Positions 9,496 to 18,800 of a DNA stretch of 64,000 bases are shown piece by piece (positions within the stretch are counted from its first letter, which is position 1; each line of letters begins with the position of its first letter). The notes under the pieces were generated by a model. That model was not told the DNA's origin. It worked only from the letters and a program-made list of their open reading frames with translations, and did not search any database. Both the position numbers and the translations under genes were made by a program. The stretch is from an uncultured Christensenella sp. (GTDB lineage Bacteria > Bacillota > Clostridia > Christensenellales > UBA3700), in the NCBI GenBank assembly GCA_910584975.1, contig CAJUEA010000001.1, forward strand, positions 269,651 to 333,650. The letters are read 5' to 3'.

Positions 9496-9557
9496 AAGTC
9501 CAAAATGCAAAAGATTGTAAAAATATGTTTAAATTTCCTTTGTGAAATTGAGGTTAT

Positions 9558-10211
9558 ATGTCTAGGTTAAATGTAGTTAATGGTATGGCAATGTTGTCAT
9601 ATATCAATCAAAACAATATCGATTTGGGTGGCGAGGTTGTGCCTTTCAACGAGGGAATGTGCGACGGCGAAACCATTGAGGATATTTTTAGTGGCGAATT
9701 TGAGCTTGAGCGTTGTGTTGCTCACGGCGTTGGGGTGGAGGAATATGAGGATATTGTCATAAATCCACTTGCACCACTTTTCAGTTTTGAATATGACGAG
9801 TTACATTTGTTTTTTGACGAAGATATGTTTTGTCAAATCAATTTGATAACTTTGCTTGCATATCTTGACAGCAATGCTTACGACGGCAAAATTGCCTTGC
9901 ATTTGATTGATTATGACTTTCAAGAAATCAAATGCGTGGAAATCAAACCACAAGGCTTTTTTGATGTTTACAAATGCGTGCTTATTGACAAAAAAATTCC
10001 TGAAACAATTTTGCCTGACATTATGATGGATGCAGTGATAAATTACTTAGAGTATTCAAAAGAGGACAATGAGCTCACCCAATTTGTAAAAGAAAACATT
10101 GACCTTCAAGAAAATGAATTGCTGGACGAAATGTTCAATCGTTTCAAACACTTGGGCTTGGGCGACACCCAACTGCAAAAAATAATCGACAAATCAAAAT
10201 TTAGTTTTTAA
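9558..10211 (+). CDS. hypothetical cytoplasmic protein (possibly DUF1835-like)
   Basis: The ORF is clean, with a GAGGT SD. The only weak resemblance is DEDMFCQINLITLLAYL, which is like the DUF1835 D..D.Q..L motif. Confidence 0.5.
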   Translation: MSRLNVVNGMAMLSYINQNNIDLGGEVVPFNEGMCDGETIEDIFSGEFELERCVAHGVGVEEYEDIVINPLAPLFSFEYDELHLFFDEDMFCQINLITLLAYLDSNAYDGKIALHLIDYDFQEIKCVEIKPQGFFDVYKCVLIDKKIPETILPDIMMDAVINYLEYSKEDNELTQFVKENIDLQENELLDEMFNRFKHLGLGDTQLQKIIDKSKFSF

Positions 10212-10265
10212 TATCAAAAATAATGCTTTTATGTTTTTGACAATCCTAAAATTTAATACACCAAC

Positions 10266-10297
10266 AAAAACACTGAGCTTTATAACTTAGTGTTTTT
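10266..10297 (+). terminator. intrinsic terminator
   Basis: AAAAACACTGAG pairs with CTTAGTGTTTTT (one G-U pair). A second hairpin lies at about 10322-10348. Confidence 0.55.
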
Positions 10298-10612
10298 AAA
10301 TGCAATTTTTACAAAACAAAAAAAGTGCCAAAAAATGGCATTTTTCAGAATGAAACTGGCTGAAATATGTCAAAAAAACACTTTTTTAAACAAATTTAAT
10401 AATTTTTGAGTAAAAATCGCGATTTTTAGACTATATATATTAGAAGGCAAAAAAACTTGTCCTGTTGAGTTGTTTGTTTTTTAATTTTTATAGCAATGCA
10501 AAAATCGTGATTTAAAAATTCTTTTTTTGCTCTGCCAAAAATTGGAAATCAAACTTGCTTGCAAGGATAAGTCAGCAAAGTAATTTAGATAAATTGAATA
10601 AGGAGATTACAA

Positions 10613-13600
10613 ATGACAAAAATTAGTAAAATGATTTCTGCAGTGGTGATGTTTATTATGATGTTTATATTGTTACAATCACCAATTATGGTTTTTGCAG
10701 ATGGTATTGAAAAAAATATCAAAAGCAAGCAAAAAGAGAAATCAATCACAGCTGTGGCAACCTCCAAAGAGTTGCAGGACACCTTGTCAGAAGACTTGAT
10801 GAGCAGTTTGCAAGAGGCAGGCGTGAAAATGTACGCCAGCAAGGAAGAGTACGAGGCAGAACTTAAGGCGAGTGGCGAAGAATTGATGGCACAAGTTGCC
10901 GCAATGGAAAAAACACCAATTTGGCACACCTTCACCGTAAGGGACAAAAAAACAGGTGCCCCAATTTCGGGTGCTGTGATTGTGCTTGACGGCGTTCCAA
11001 GATTTTCGGACATAAACGGACAAATTCAAGTTAAAATGATGAATGATGTTGTGGAGCTGAAGGTTGAAAAAAATGGCTACAATCCATATGTGGAGTACTA
11101 CGATGTTTACACTGCAAATGAAAACGGCACAAAAGAAAAAGTAGTTTACATAAAACAGCCTTCCGACGATTTGGAAATTTATAGTGCAGTGCTTGATTGT
11201 TATGGAGACAAAGCAAATGTAATGGAGCAATCCTATTCATTTGATAAATTTGAGTCTTATAATGACACAATGAATATTTCCGTTGCATCTTCAGATGCAG
11301 ATATGTATTACTTATACAAAGGTGACCAGCTGATAAGTCAGTGCAGTGATGGCAATTTCCAAAATGTTCCAATCAATAGCATGGAAGTTAAACAAAAAAG
11401 AGATAATTCAACTATTAAGCCTGCTGATAATGATATGAAAATTGTTACGGAAAAAAATGGTATTTTGTCAAAAGCTGAAAAAATAAAAGTAGGTCTATTT
11501 GAAATGGAAAGTTTCAATATTTTAGATATAGTTGGTTTTGACATATCATCAAACTTGCTCAAATTTGATATTGATCCATTTGAGTTTATTGGCAGTTTGA
11601 AAATAGATTTTATGGATAACTTAAAAAAAGCTTTCCATATTGACAAAACAAAATGGAAAATGTTTGATGACTTGGGAATTGGAGTTAATTATGACAATAA
11701 GAGAGGTTCATATAAATTTAGCTTAGGTGTTAATTTAAATTTATATGGAAAAGATAAAGAAGAAAAAAATAAAGCGTTTGATAAGTTTAAAAATAGTTAT
11801 AAAATGCGTAGAAATAATCCAAACCCTAATGCAAGAAAACAATCTGTAGCAGAGGCACTTTGGGGAGCATTTAAAAAAGTGTCAAGGGATGGTTTAACAC
11901 TCAAAGGTATTTCTATGAATGTTGAATTCAGCATACCATTAGAATTTGTTGGATATATTGAATTGTCAAACAAGCTTTTTACTGGAGAAGTTAGTGGATC
12001 GGCTGCAATACTTGGTGGTGGAATTGAGTTCAGTATTGGTTTTTTTGCTGATTGTACAAAACATTTCTTTCTTGGTCCAATACCAGTTATTGTTACTATT
12101 CCTATTTACATAAATTTTGGAATAGGTGGAGATATCGGCATTGATTGGGACTATGACCAAATGGCAAAAATGCAACATGTTGTCAAATTAATTATAGGTT
12201 TTAAAACAAAACTAGGTTTTGGTGTAGGATTAAAAGGCTTATTCAGTGCAGGTATTTATGGAAAAGCTGATTTTGACACCATTGTTGATTTAACAAATAA
12301 AGGGACTGTTGAAGAAAATATTTTTGTATCTTGTGGCTTTTTGATTGGAATTTTGGGATATGACATTGATATTGTTATTGTAGACAACTACAAATTTGTT
12401 TTCCCAGAAAAAAAACTTGCGGCATTGGCAGCTGAATCTGTGGAAACATCTCAAAATTATATTGATGCAAGGCCTTCCAGTGTGTATGTAGACGGCAAAA
12501 AATTGAGTGTTTGGGTAGAAAGAGATTTGACGAGAGATAAATACAATGCTACAAAATTGATGTATTCCTATGGCGATATTGTTGGCAGTGTTTGTGATGA
12601 CGGCAAATCAGATTTTTATCCTGAATTACAGGTTGTTGATGGTGAGGCGTATGTTGTTTGGCACAAAAATGCAAAAGTGGTAAGTGGTGATGATATGGTT
12701 GGCAGTGTTTTTGCAGATTCAACAGTAATGCTATCAAAATTTAACAAAATAACCAATAGTTTTGATTTGATTAAGCATTTTGATATGGAAGGAATGACAA
12801 CATTGCCTAAAATTGTAAAGGGTGACAATTCAACAAATTTGAGCGTGGCGTGGTTTAGCAACACAAACAATGACCCACTTGGCATAACTGGTACAAACAA
12901 AATTTACACTTCAACTTTAACAAATGGCGTTTGGAGTGCACCTGATTTGCTTTTTGAAATCAACAAGCCAATAACAAGTTATGACGCAACTTTTATTGAC
13001 GGAAAAATTTATTTTGCTGGTTCTGTTGATATGGATGCAAACTATGCCACAAACAATGATTTGGATATTTATTTTGGATGTAAAGATAATGTTTCCAACA
13101 TAAGCAATGATTCAGTTATGCAAGACTCTCCAATGTTTGGGGTGCTTAATGGCGAGCCTGTGATGTATTACTTGCAAAACAATAGAATTTATATGTCAAA
13201 ATTGGATGGTGAGCAAAGTCAGTTGGTATGCAATAGCCAAAATCCAATAAATAGCTTTGAAGTGTTGCAAAATGCAGGACAAGTTTTGTATGTCACTTCA
13301 GGCGAAGAATCACAACAATTGTTTTTGGCAAAATATGATTTTGCAAGTGAAAAATGGATTGATAACATTTTGATTAATTCAGAATATCAATATATTTCAA
13401 TTGATGTTTGCAACAATGGGGATGAAATGGAAATTCAAGGTGTTGCTTTCACCCCAAAAGAGAACTCAAGTGGACTTGTCATTGAAGGTGTTAGGTCAGA
13501 AATTGTTAAGCTGGTCAATGACATTGAATTGGTTGAAGCATATATGATGTCAGGCATTCAAACGGGCTCAAATGACATTTATATGATAATCAAAAATTGT

Positions 13601-14197
13601 GGTTCGTCAGCAATAGATACTTTCACATATAGTATTAATGGAGAGAAGTATATTTATACTCTTGAGGATAGTTTGTTGCCAAGTGCAGAAAAAATGGTAT
13701 CAATCCAGTGGAATTGCTCAACTATTCCAGAAAGCTTAAAAATAGTTTTGTCTATGGATAATGAAGATATATTGAATAACAACACTTTTGTTATAAACAC
13801 CAACTATGCAAATATTGATTTTGAAATCAATCAAAGATTGGTTGATAATAAGGAGATAATTGATTTTAAAGTCAGCAATCTAATGGCAAAACAAGAAAAC
13901 ATAAGAATAGTTATCCGAAAGGAAAACAAAAACGGAGAAATCATTTATTGTAGCAATAAAATACTAGTATTGGGTAATTCAACAATTTCACATAGTATTG
14001 ATTTGGATTATGAAAATTTCAACCTTGATAAAGGCGATAAGTTGCACATTGAAGTTGTTGCAGAAAAAGATATGCTTATACCTTGCACAACAAGTATGTT
14101 TATTGCTGAAAAAGTTCAATATTATGACGATAGTATGATAAGTGATATTACTAATATGCTGAATACAGCAAAAAAAATATTGGGAGGAGTTGTTTAA
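10613..14197 (+). CDS. large secreted protein, unknown family (signal peptide, CarboxypepD_reg-like domain, Gly/aromatic beta-rich core)
   Basis: SD AAGGAG. The signal peptide is MTKISKMISAVVMFIMMFILLQSPIMVFADG. FTVRDKKTGAPISGAVIVLDG...NGQIQV...KNGYNPY resembles a carboxypeptidase-regulatory-like fold. I did not recognise the rest. Confidence 0.8.
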   Translation: MTKISKMISAVVMFIMMFILLQSPIMVFADGIEKNIKSKQKEKSITAVATSKELQDTLSEDLMSSLQEAGVKMYASKEEYEAELKASGEELMAQVAAMEKTPIWHTFTVRDKKTGAPISGAVIVLDGVPRFSDINGQIQVKMMNDVVELKVEKNGYNPYVEYYDVYTANENGTKEKVVYIKQPSDDLEIYSAVLDCYGDKANVMEQSYSFDKFESYNDTMNISVASSDADMYYLYKGDQLISQCSDGNFQNVPINSMEVKQKRDNSTIKPADNDMKIVTEKNGILSKAEKIKVGLFEMESFNILDIVGFDISSNLLKFDIDPFEFIGSLKIDFMDNLKKAFHIDKTKWKMFDDLGIGVNYDNKRGSYKFSLGVNLNLYGKDKEEKNKAFDKFKNSYKMRRNNPNPNARKQSVAEALWGAFKKVSRDGLTLKGISMNVEFSIPLEFVGYIELSNKLFTGEVSGSAAILGGGIEFSIGFFADCTKHFFLGPIPVIVTIPIYINFGIGGDIGIDWDYDQMAKMQHVVKLIIGFKTKLGFGVGLKGLFSAGIYGKADFDTIVDLTNKGTVEENIFVSCGFLIGILGYDIDIVIVDNYKFVFPEKKLAALAAESVETSQNYIDARPSSVYVDGKKLSVWVERDLTRDKYNATKLMYSYGDIVGSVCDDGKSDFYPELQVVDGEAYVVWHKNAKVVSGDDMVGSVFADSTVMLSKFNKITNSFDLIKHFDMEGMTTLPKIVKGDNSTNLSVAWFSNTNNDPLGITGTNKIYTSTLTNGVWSAPDLLFEINKPITSYDATFIDGKIYFAGSVDMDANYATNNDLDIYFGCKDNVSNISNDSVMQDSPMFGVLNGEPVMYYLQNNRIYMSKLDGEQSQLVCNSQNPINSFEVLQNAGQVLYVTSGEESQQLFLAKYDFASEKWIDNILINSEYQYISIDVCNNGDEMEIQGVAFTPKENSSGLVIEGVRSEIVKLVNDIELVEAYMMSGIQTGSNDIYMIIKNCGSSAIDTFTYSINGEKYIYTLEDSLLPSAEKMVSIQWNCSTIPESLKIVLSMDNEDILNNNTFVINTNYANIDFEINQRLVDNKEIIDFKVSNLMAKQENIRIVIRKENKNGEIIYCSNKILVLGNSTISHSIDLDYENFNLDKGDKLHIEVVAEKDMLIPCTTSMFIAEKVQYYDDSMISDITNMLNTAKKILGGVV

Positions 14198-15087
14198 TGG
14201 ATAATAATAACAACTTAAATGACATTGAGGAAGATAAAAATTTATATGCATTTCAACTTGACGATGAGTATGACTCAGAAAAAGACGAAGATTTGCCAAC
14301 TAAATATGAATTGACAGAAGAACTTATATATGGTGAAAAAGAAGCAAAACAAATTGTTAAAGATATATATAAGGATATGAAATTTGTTTATGGTCGTTAT
14401 AATGATTCTAATTATGCACGGCAATCAAAAATTGGGGGATATATTGTTGAAACAGCATTTTTGCTGGGCAGTATTTTTGTGTTAGCTTTAGCTATAATGT
14501 GGAGAATCTATATTATTATATTGCCAGCTATGTGGTTATTAATAGGTGATGTTATTATATATTTATACTTTAAAAAAAAATTCAAAATGGTTTGGTGGTA
14601 TAAATGTGGAAGAAAAACAGCTACAATATATCAATATGATGATCCTTTTAGAAAAGGTGATATTATAATTCATGTTAATGATAATTATAGCTGGCGATAC
14701 AATAACAAAAATGGGGAGTGGTCAAAAAGTAATCGATATTTCATGGATGCAAGATTATTGTTTAAATATTTGAATGGCTATTTGGAAATGAATACTTTGG
14801 AAAATGGACAAACAGAAATATATACATGCAACCCAACTTCGGCTGATTCCAATAAAAGAACAAATGTTAAGTCAGCTTCTTTAATAATTGAAAATAATAT
14901 ACCTAAGATAATTGAATATTGGCCAGAGAGCAGTGTTATGGGGTGGCGTCTTTTAAAAAGTCAAAGATTTGAATTTTTAGAAATTAACACTAATCGTTAT
15001 GCAGAAATTCCGAAATCGTTCATTGACTTTTGCAAAGAGCAAGGCATTGAGCCTTTGGAAGAAAACGAGCATTTACATTATGTTTAA
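14197..15087 (+). CDS. 2-TM membrane protein, unknown family
   Basis: The start overlaps the upstream stop (TAATG), and the SD is GGGAGGA. An acidic N-terminal region is followed by two adjacent TM helices (GGYIVETAFLLGSIFVLALAIMW, IIILPAMWLLIGDVIIYLYF) and a domain of about 170 aa. Confidence 0.75.
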   Translation: MDNNNNLNDIEEDKNLYAFQLDDEYDSEKDEDLPTKYELTEELIYGEKEAKQIVKDIYKDMKFVYGRYNDSNYARQSKIGGYIVETAFLLGSIFVLALAIMWRIYIIILPAMWLLIGDVIIYLYFKKKFKMVWWYKCGRKTATIYQYDDPFRKGDIIIHVNDNYSWRYNNKNGEWSKSNRYFMDARLLFKYLNGYLEMNTLENGQTEIYTCNPTSADSNKRTNVKSASLIIENNIPKIIEYWPESSVMGWRLLKSQRFEFLEINTNRYAEIPKSFIDFCKEQGIEPLEENEHLHYV

Positions 15088-15100
15088 AAGAGGTGTACAA

Positions 15101-15847
15101 ATGAAAAAAATTGTTGGTGCAATAAGTTGTGTTTTGCTTTTGATGGTTGTTTTGGTGTGTGCAACTGCATGCAAAAAAGAACCTGACCCAATTGTTAGTG
15201 TGCCAGACAAAATTATTGAATTTAACAATAATTTGCACAATAATTGGAGCAAAACAAGACCTGTTACAGTTAAAAATGAAATTGTAATCAAATCAGACGA
15301 AAATAATGTTTTGGTAAAGTATATTAAGCAATACACTTTGACAAAAGATAATGTTGGCAAATTGAGTGTTGACACAATATATTTTGATGACATTGAGTGC
15401 CCTTTGAACAACAAACAAGAAATGTATTTTAAGGATAACAAAATGCATATGAAATATACGGATACAAAGGGAGAGTCAATCACAACTTATCCAACAGAGT
15501 TTAGTGTGTTTATGGAATTAATAACTGAAGGTACTAATAATATCTTTGATTACAATTACATATACAAATATTTTAAGAATGTTGAAATTCACGATTTTAT
15601 GGCTTACAAAACATATTCTTTTGAAGTTTTAGACGAACATTTGAATGAGTTTTTGGGGACAACAAATTTGGGAATTTCAAACATGAAATTTAGCTATCAA
15701 ATTTTTAAAAAAGAAAATAAAATGAATGTTGAGTTTGAATATGATTCATCTCAAGAAGAAAAAAAATCGCATATTGTTGCAAAAAGTGAAATTATTGAAC
15801 AAGGAGAAGTGACTTTGCCTGATTGGGCATTAAAAGGAGAAGTTTAA
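15101..15847 (+). CDS. lipoprotein, unknown family
   Basis: ORF 14999..15847. I place the start at the ATG at 15101, after AAGAGGTG. MKKIVGAISCVLLLMVVLVCATAC is a signal peptide with a Cys lipobox-like site. Confidence 0.7.
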   Translation: MKKIVGAISCVLLLMVVLVCATACKKEPDPIVSVPDKIIEFNNNLHNNWSKTRPVTVKNEIVIKSDENNVLVKYIKQYTLTKDNVGKLSVDTIYFDDIECPLNNKQEMYFKDNKMHMKYTDTKGESITTYPTEFSVFMELITEGTNNIFDYNYIYKYFKNVEIHDFMAYKTYSFEVLDEHLNEFLGTTNLGISNMKFSYQIFKKENKMNVEFEYDSSQEEKKSHIVAKSEIIEQGEVTLPDWALKGEV

Positions 15848-18800
15848 TGAGTACTTTAAAGAAAAATAAAACGGGTTCGTTTTTAATATTAATTGCAGCG
15901 TTGTTTGTTATTACATTAATATTCAGTATGCCGATAATAACTGATTCTTTAATGAAAAATTCTGCTATCAACAGCCAAAGTGTTGAAATCGGTAGCAAGG
16001 AAAATCCTATTTTGATTGATTCAGCTGAAGCTTTTGCAAAACTGAGATATGACGCAAGCAAATATTACAGGCAAACAAAAGATATTGACCTTGGTGAACT
16101 GAAAAATTTTGGTGGAATATCCAAGTTTTTTACAGGTAACTATGACGGACAAAGATTTAAAATAAAAAATGTTAAACTGAACAAGGCTAGTGAATCCGGT
16201 GTGGGATTGTTTGGTGTTAACAAAGGCGTTATTGCAAATGTTATCATTGATAGTGGCGAGATTGTTGGGGCATCTCAAGTTGGTGCCATTGCAGGCAGCA
16301 ATTTGGGTGAGATAACTGGTTGCACAAACTTTGCTTTTGTGAAAGGTAATGGCGCGGGCATTGGTGGAATTGCTGGCAGCAACAACGGAAACATAAACAA
16401 CTGCGCAAACAGAACAAAAATTGTAAATAGCGCAAGTGGTACATATACTGGTGGAATTGTGGGCAGTAATTTGGCTGTTGTCACAAAGTGCTATAACACT
16501 GCAAATGTTGAAGGTGGAGCTTATATCGCTGGAATTGCAGGAAACAATGACGGAACTAATATGCAAGCTGAAATAACAGAATGTTATAATGTTGGAGAAA
16601 TTTCAGGCATTGCAAAATCTGCTATTTGTGGCGATAACTGGCAAGGCAAGGTGGAAAATGTTGTTTATTCAAACGAAAAAGGGCTCGATGCAGTTGTTTT
16701 CAACACTGGAACAGCACACAACCTTATTTCATCTGGCTTGACAAGCATGGCAAGCAGAGGAGTTTTTTCGGGTTCGTTTAGTGATTTTGACAGCAACTGG
16801 TTGTTTATGAGAGGAAACAAGTATCCTTCTTTAAGAAAAGAGTATGTTGAGCTGCAAGATGTGGATTTCACTGGCAGTCCAGATACTGTGCAACAAGGCA
16901 GTGACTATCAATTTAAGGCAAGACTTATGCCATCAAACGCAACACCTGTAACTTTAAATTATGAACTTGTTTCAGGCGCTGCTTGTGCAACTATGGATAT
17001 TGAAAATGGTTTTGTGAGCATTAGCAATGAGGCAAGCATTGGCACAGATGTTACCATTGCAGTTAAGGCAGATGACAAAACTTTTACTCATGCTTTCAAA
17101 ATTGTTAAAAAAGCTGTGGAAAAGGTGGAGCTTTCTGCTGAAACAAACAAGATTTTTTATGGCGAAAGTGTGAAACTAAATGCAAAAGTAAGCCCAGATG
17201 ATGCAACTTATAAAGAAGTGGATTATATTTATAATGACGAGTTTGTTACAATCGAAAATGATGTTGTTACACTAAAAAGAGGTTGCCCAGCAGGCTATGA
17301 ATTTACTATTGCGGCAGAGGCTGACGGAGTGGTTAGCAATGCAGTTACTATGACTGTTGGGGTGATTTCTCCACAATATCTTGTTTTCCCTTTGGGTGGC
17401 GAAATTTCCGTTAATCCGGGCGATGTGGTAAGTTTGACAGACTATATTGAAGTTTATCCTTACAATGCTCAATATAAGTTTTTGAATGTGGACGAAAAGA
17501 ACTTGAGCAAGTCTTTATCATTGCACTCCGATATGACAATTTATGTGGATATGCAAGCAAAAATCGGCAGATACACTGTAGGTTTTGATGTGGATGGCAA
17601 AGTTATGATTAATAAGTTTGTTATTATGGTGACTGCGCCAAAAACTAAGTTCGATTTTGCTTTGAATGCAGCTTTGTTGACTCCTGATAGCACTCAAGAA
17701 ATCAATTTGAGGTCTTTTGACGGAGTGAATAGAGATGTTGAATTTGAACTTAAAAACAACACTGAAGGCATAAATTTAAGCATTAATAACAGTGACGGAA
17801 CTCAAAAATATTATTTGAATATTGACAAAAATGTGAGTGCAAGCAACTTTACTTTGGTTGCAAAAACAAGTGACGGCATTGAAATTGAAAAAACTTATGA
17901 CATTATTATTCCTGTCAAAGACATTATTGTTGATGTTAATAATGTAAGCAGTGAAATGTGCAGTTATGTGGAGACTACTGCTGATGGAGAGCTTGTTTTT
18001 AACATCACTCCAAACGGCAAGGCAGAAATGGATAGGACAGAGCTTTTGCTAAATATTAACCCTACTAACACAACTTTTAGCCAAATTAAGTATGTGCTTA
18101 CTGAGCATGAGGAAATTGTGCAATATGATCAACTTAATGACGGAAAATTGTTGTTGAAATTATATCCACTATCCACAATTTATCGTGAGGATGGCAGTCA
18201 AAAACAATTTATTATTAAGTTGTTTGCAGGCGATGTGGAAAAAACTTTGATTTTTAAGGTTGTGCCTGTGGAAGTTAAAAATGCAGTTTTGTATGAGAAA
18301 AATGGTTATTCATTAAATGATATGTATGTTGGAAATACCTATAATATCGTTTTGGAGCCTGATGCTTTTGCAACGGACATTGTTTATAGTTTTATTACTG
18401 ATGATTTGAACAAGAATTATTTGTATTATGAAATTCATAAAAATGTTTTGAGCGTTACTATTCTTGCAAATCCTTCGCAAGAGGAAATTGTTGTTTTGAA
18501 AGGTGTTATAAACAATGTTGAAACTCAAATTAATCTTGTAATTAAGGTTGCTGTTGAGGAAGTAAAAGTGAATTATGTTGCAGAGCACAATAAGTTTGAG
18601 GCAGGAAGAGGCATTGAATGTGTGGTTGCCGATGTTTATCCATCAACTGCGTCAGACAAAAATGTTAAGTTTTTTGTGAAAAAAGGCTTTGAATATATCG
18701 ACCCTGCTTATTTGATTTGCAATGAGGCAAATGAGTGCTATATCAAAACAAACGAAAATGGAAAAGCTTTTTATAAGCTTAAAACAGCTTTTGAGAGTGA

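Noticed and set aside
10411-10518. Possible invertible promoter (inverton) upstream of the surface operon, flanked by AAAAATCGCGATTTTT (10411-10428) and AAAAATCGTGATTT (10499-10513)
   Set aside because: The left element is self-palindromic and the right one is only partially similar. No site-specific recombinase gene is nearby, and no outward-facing promoter is evident between them. They are better explained as copies of the CGATTTTT motif family.
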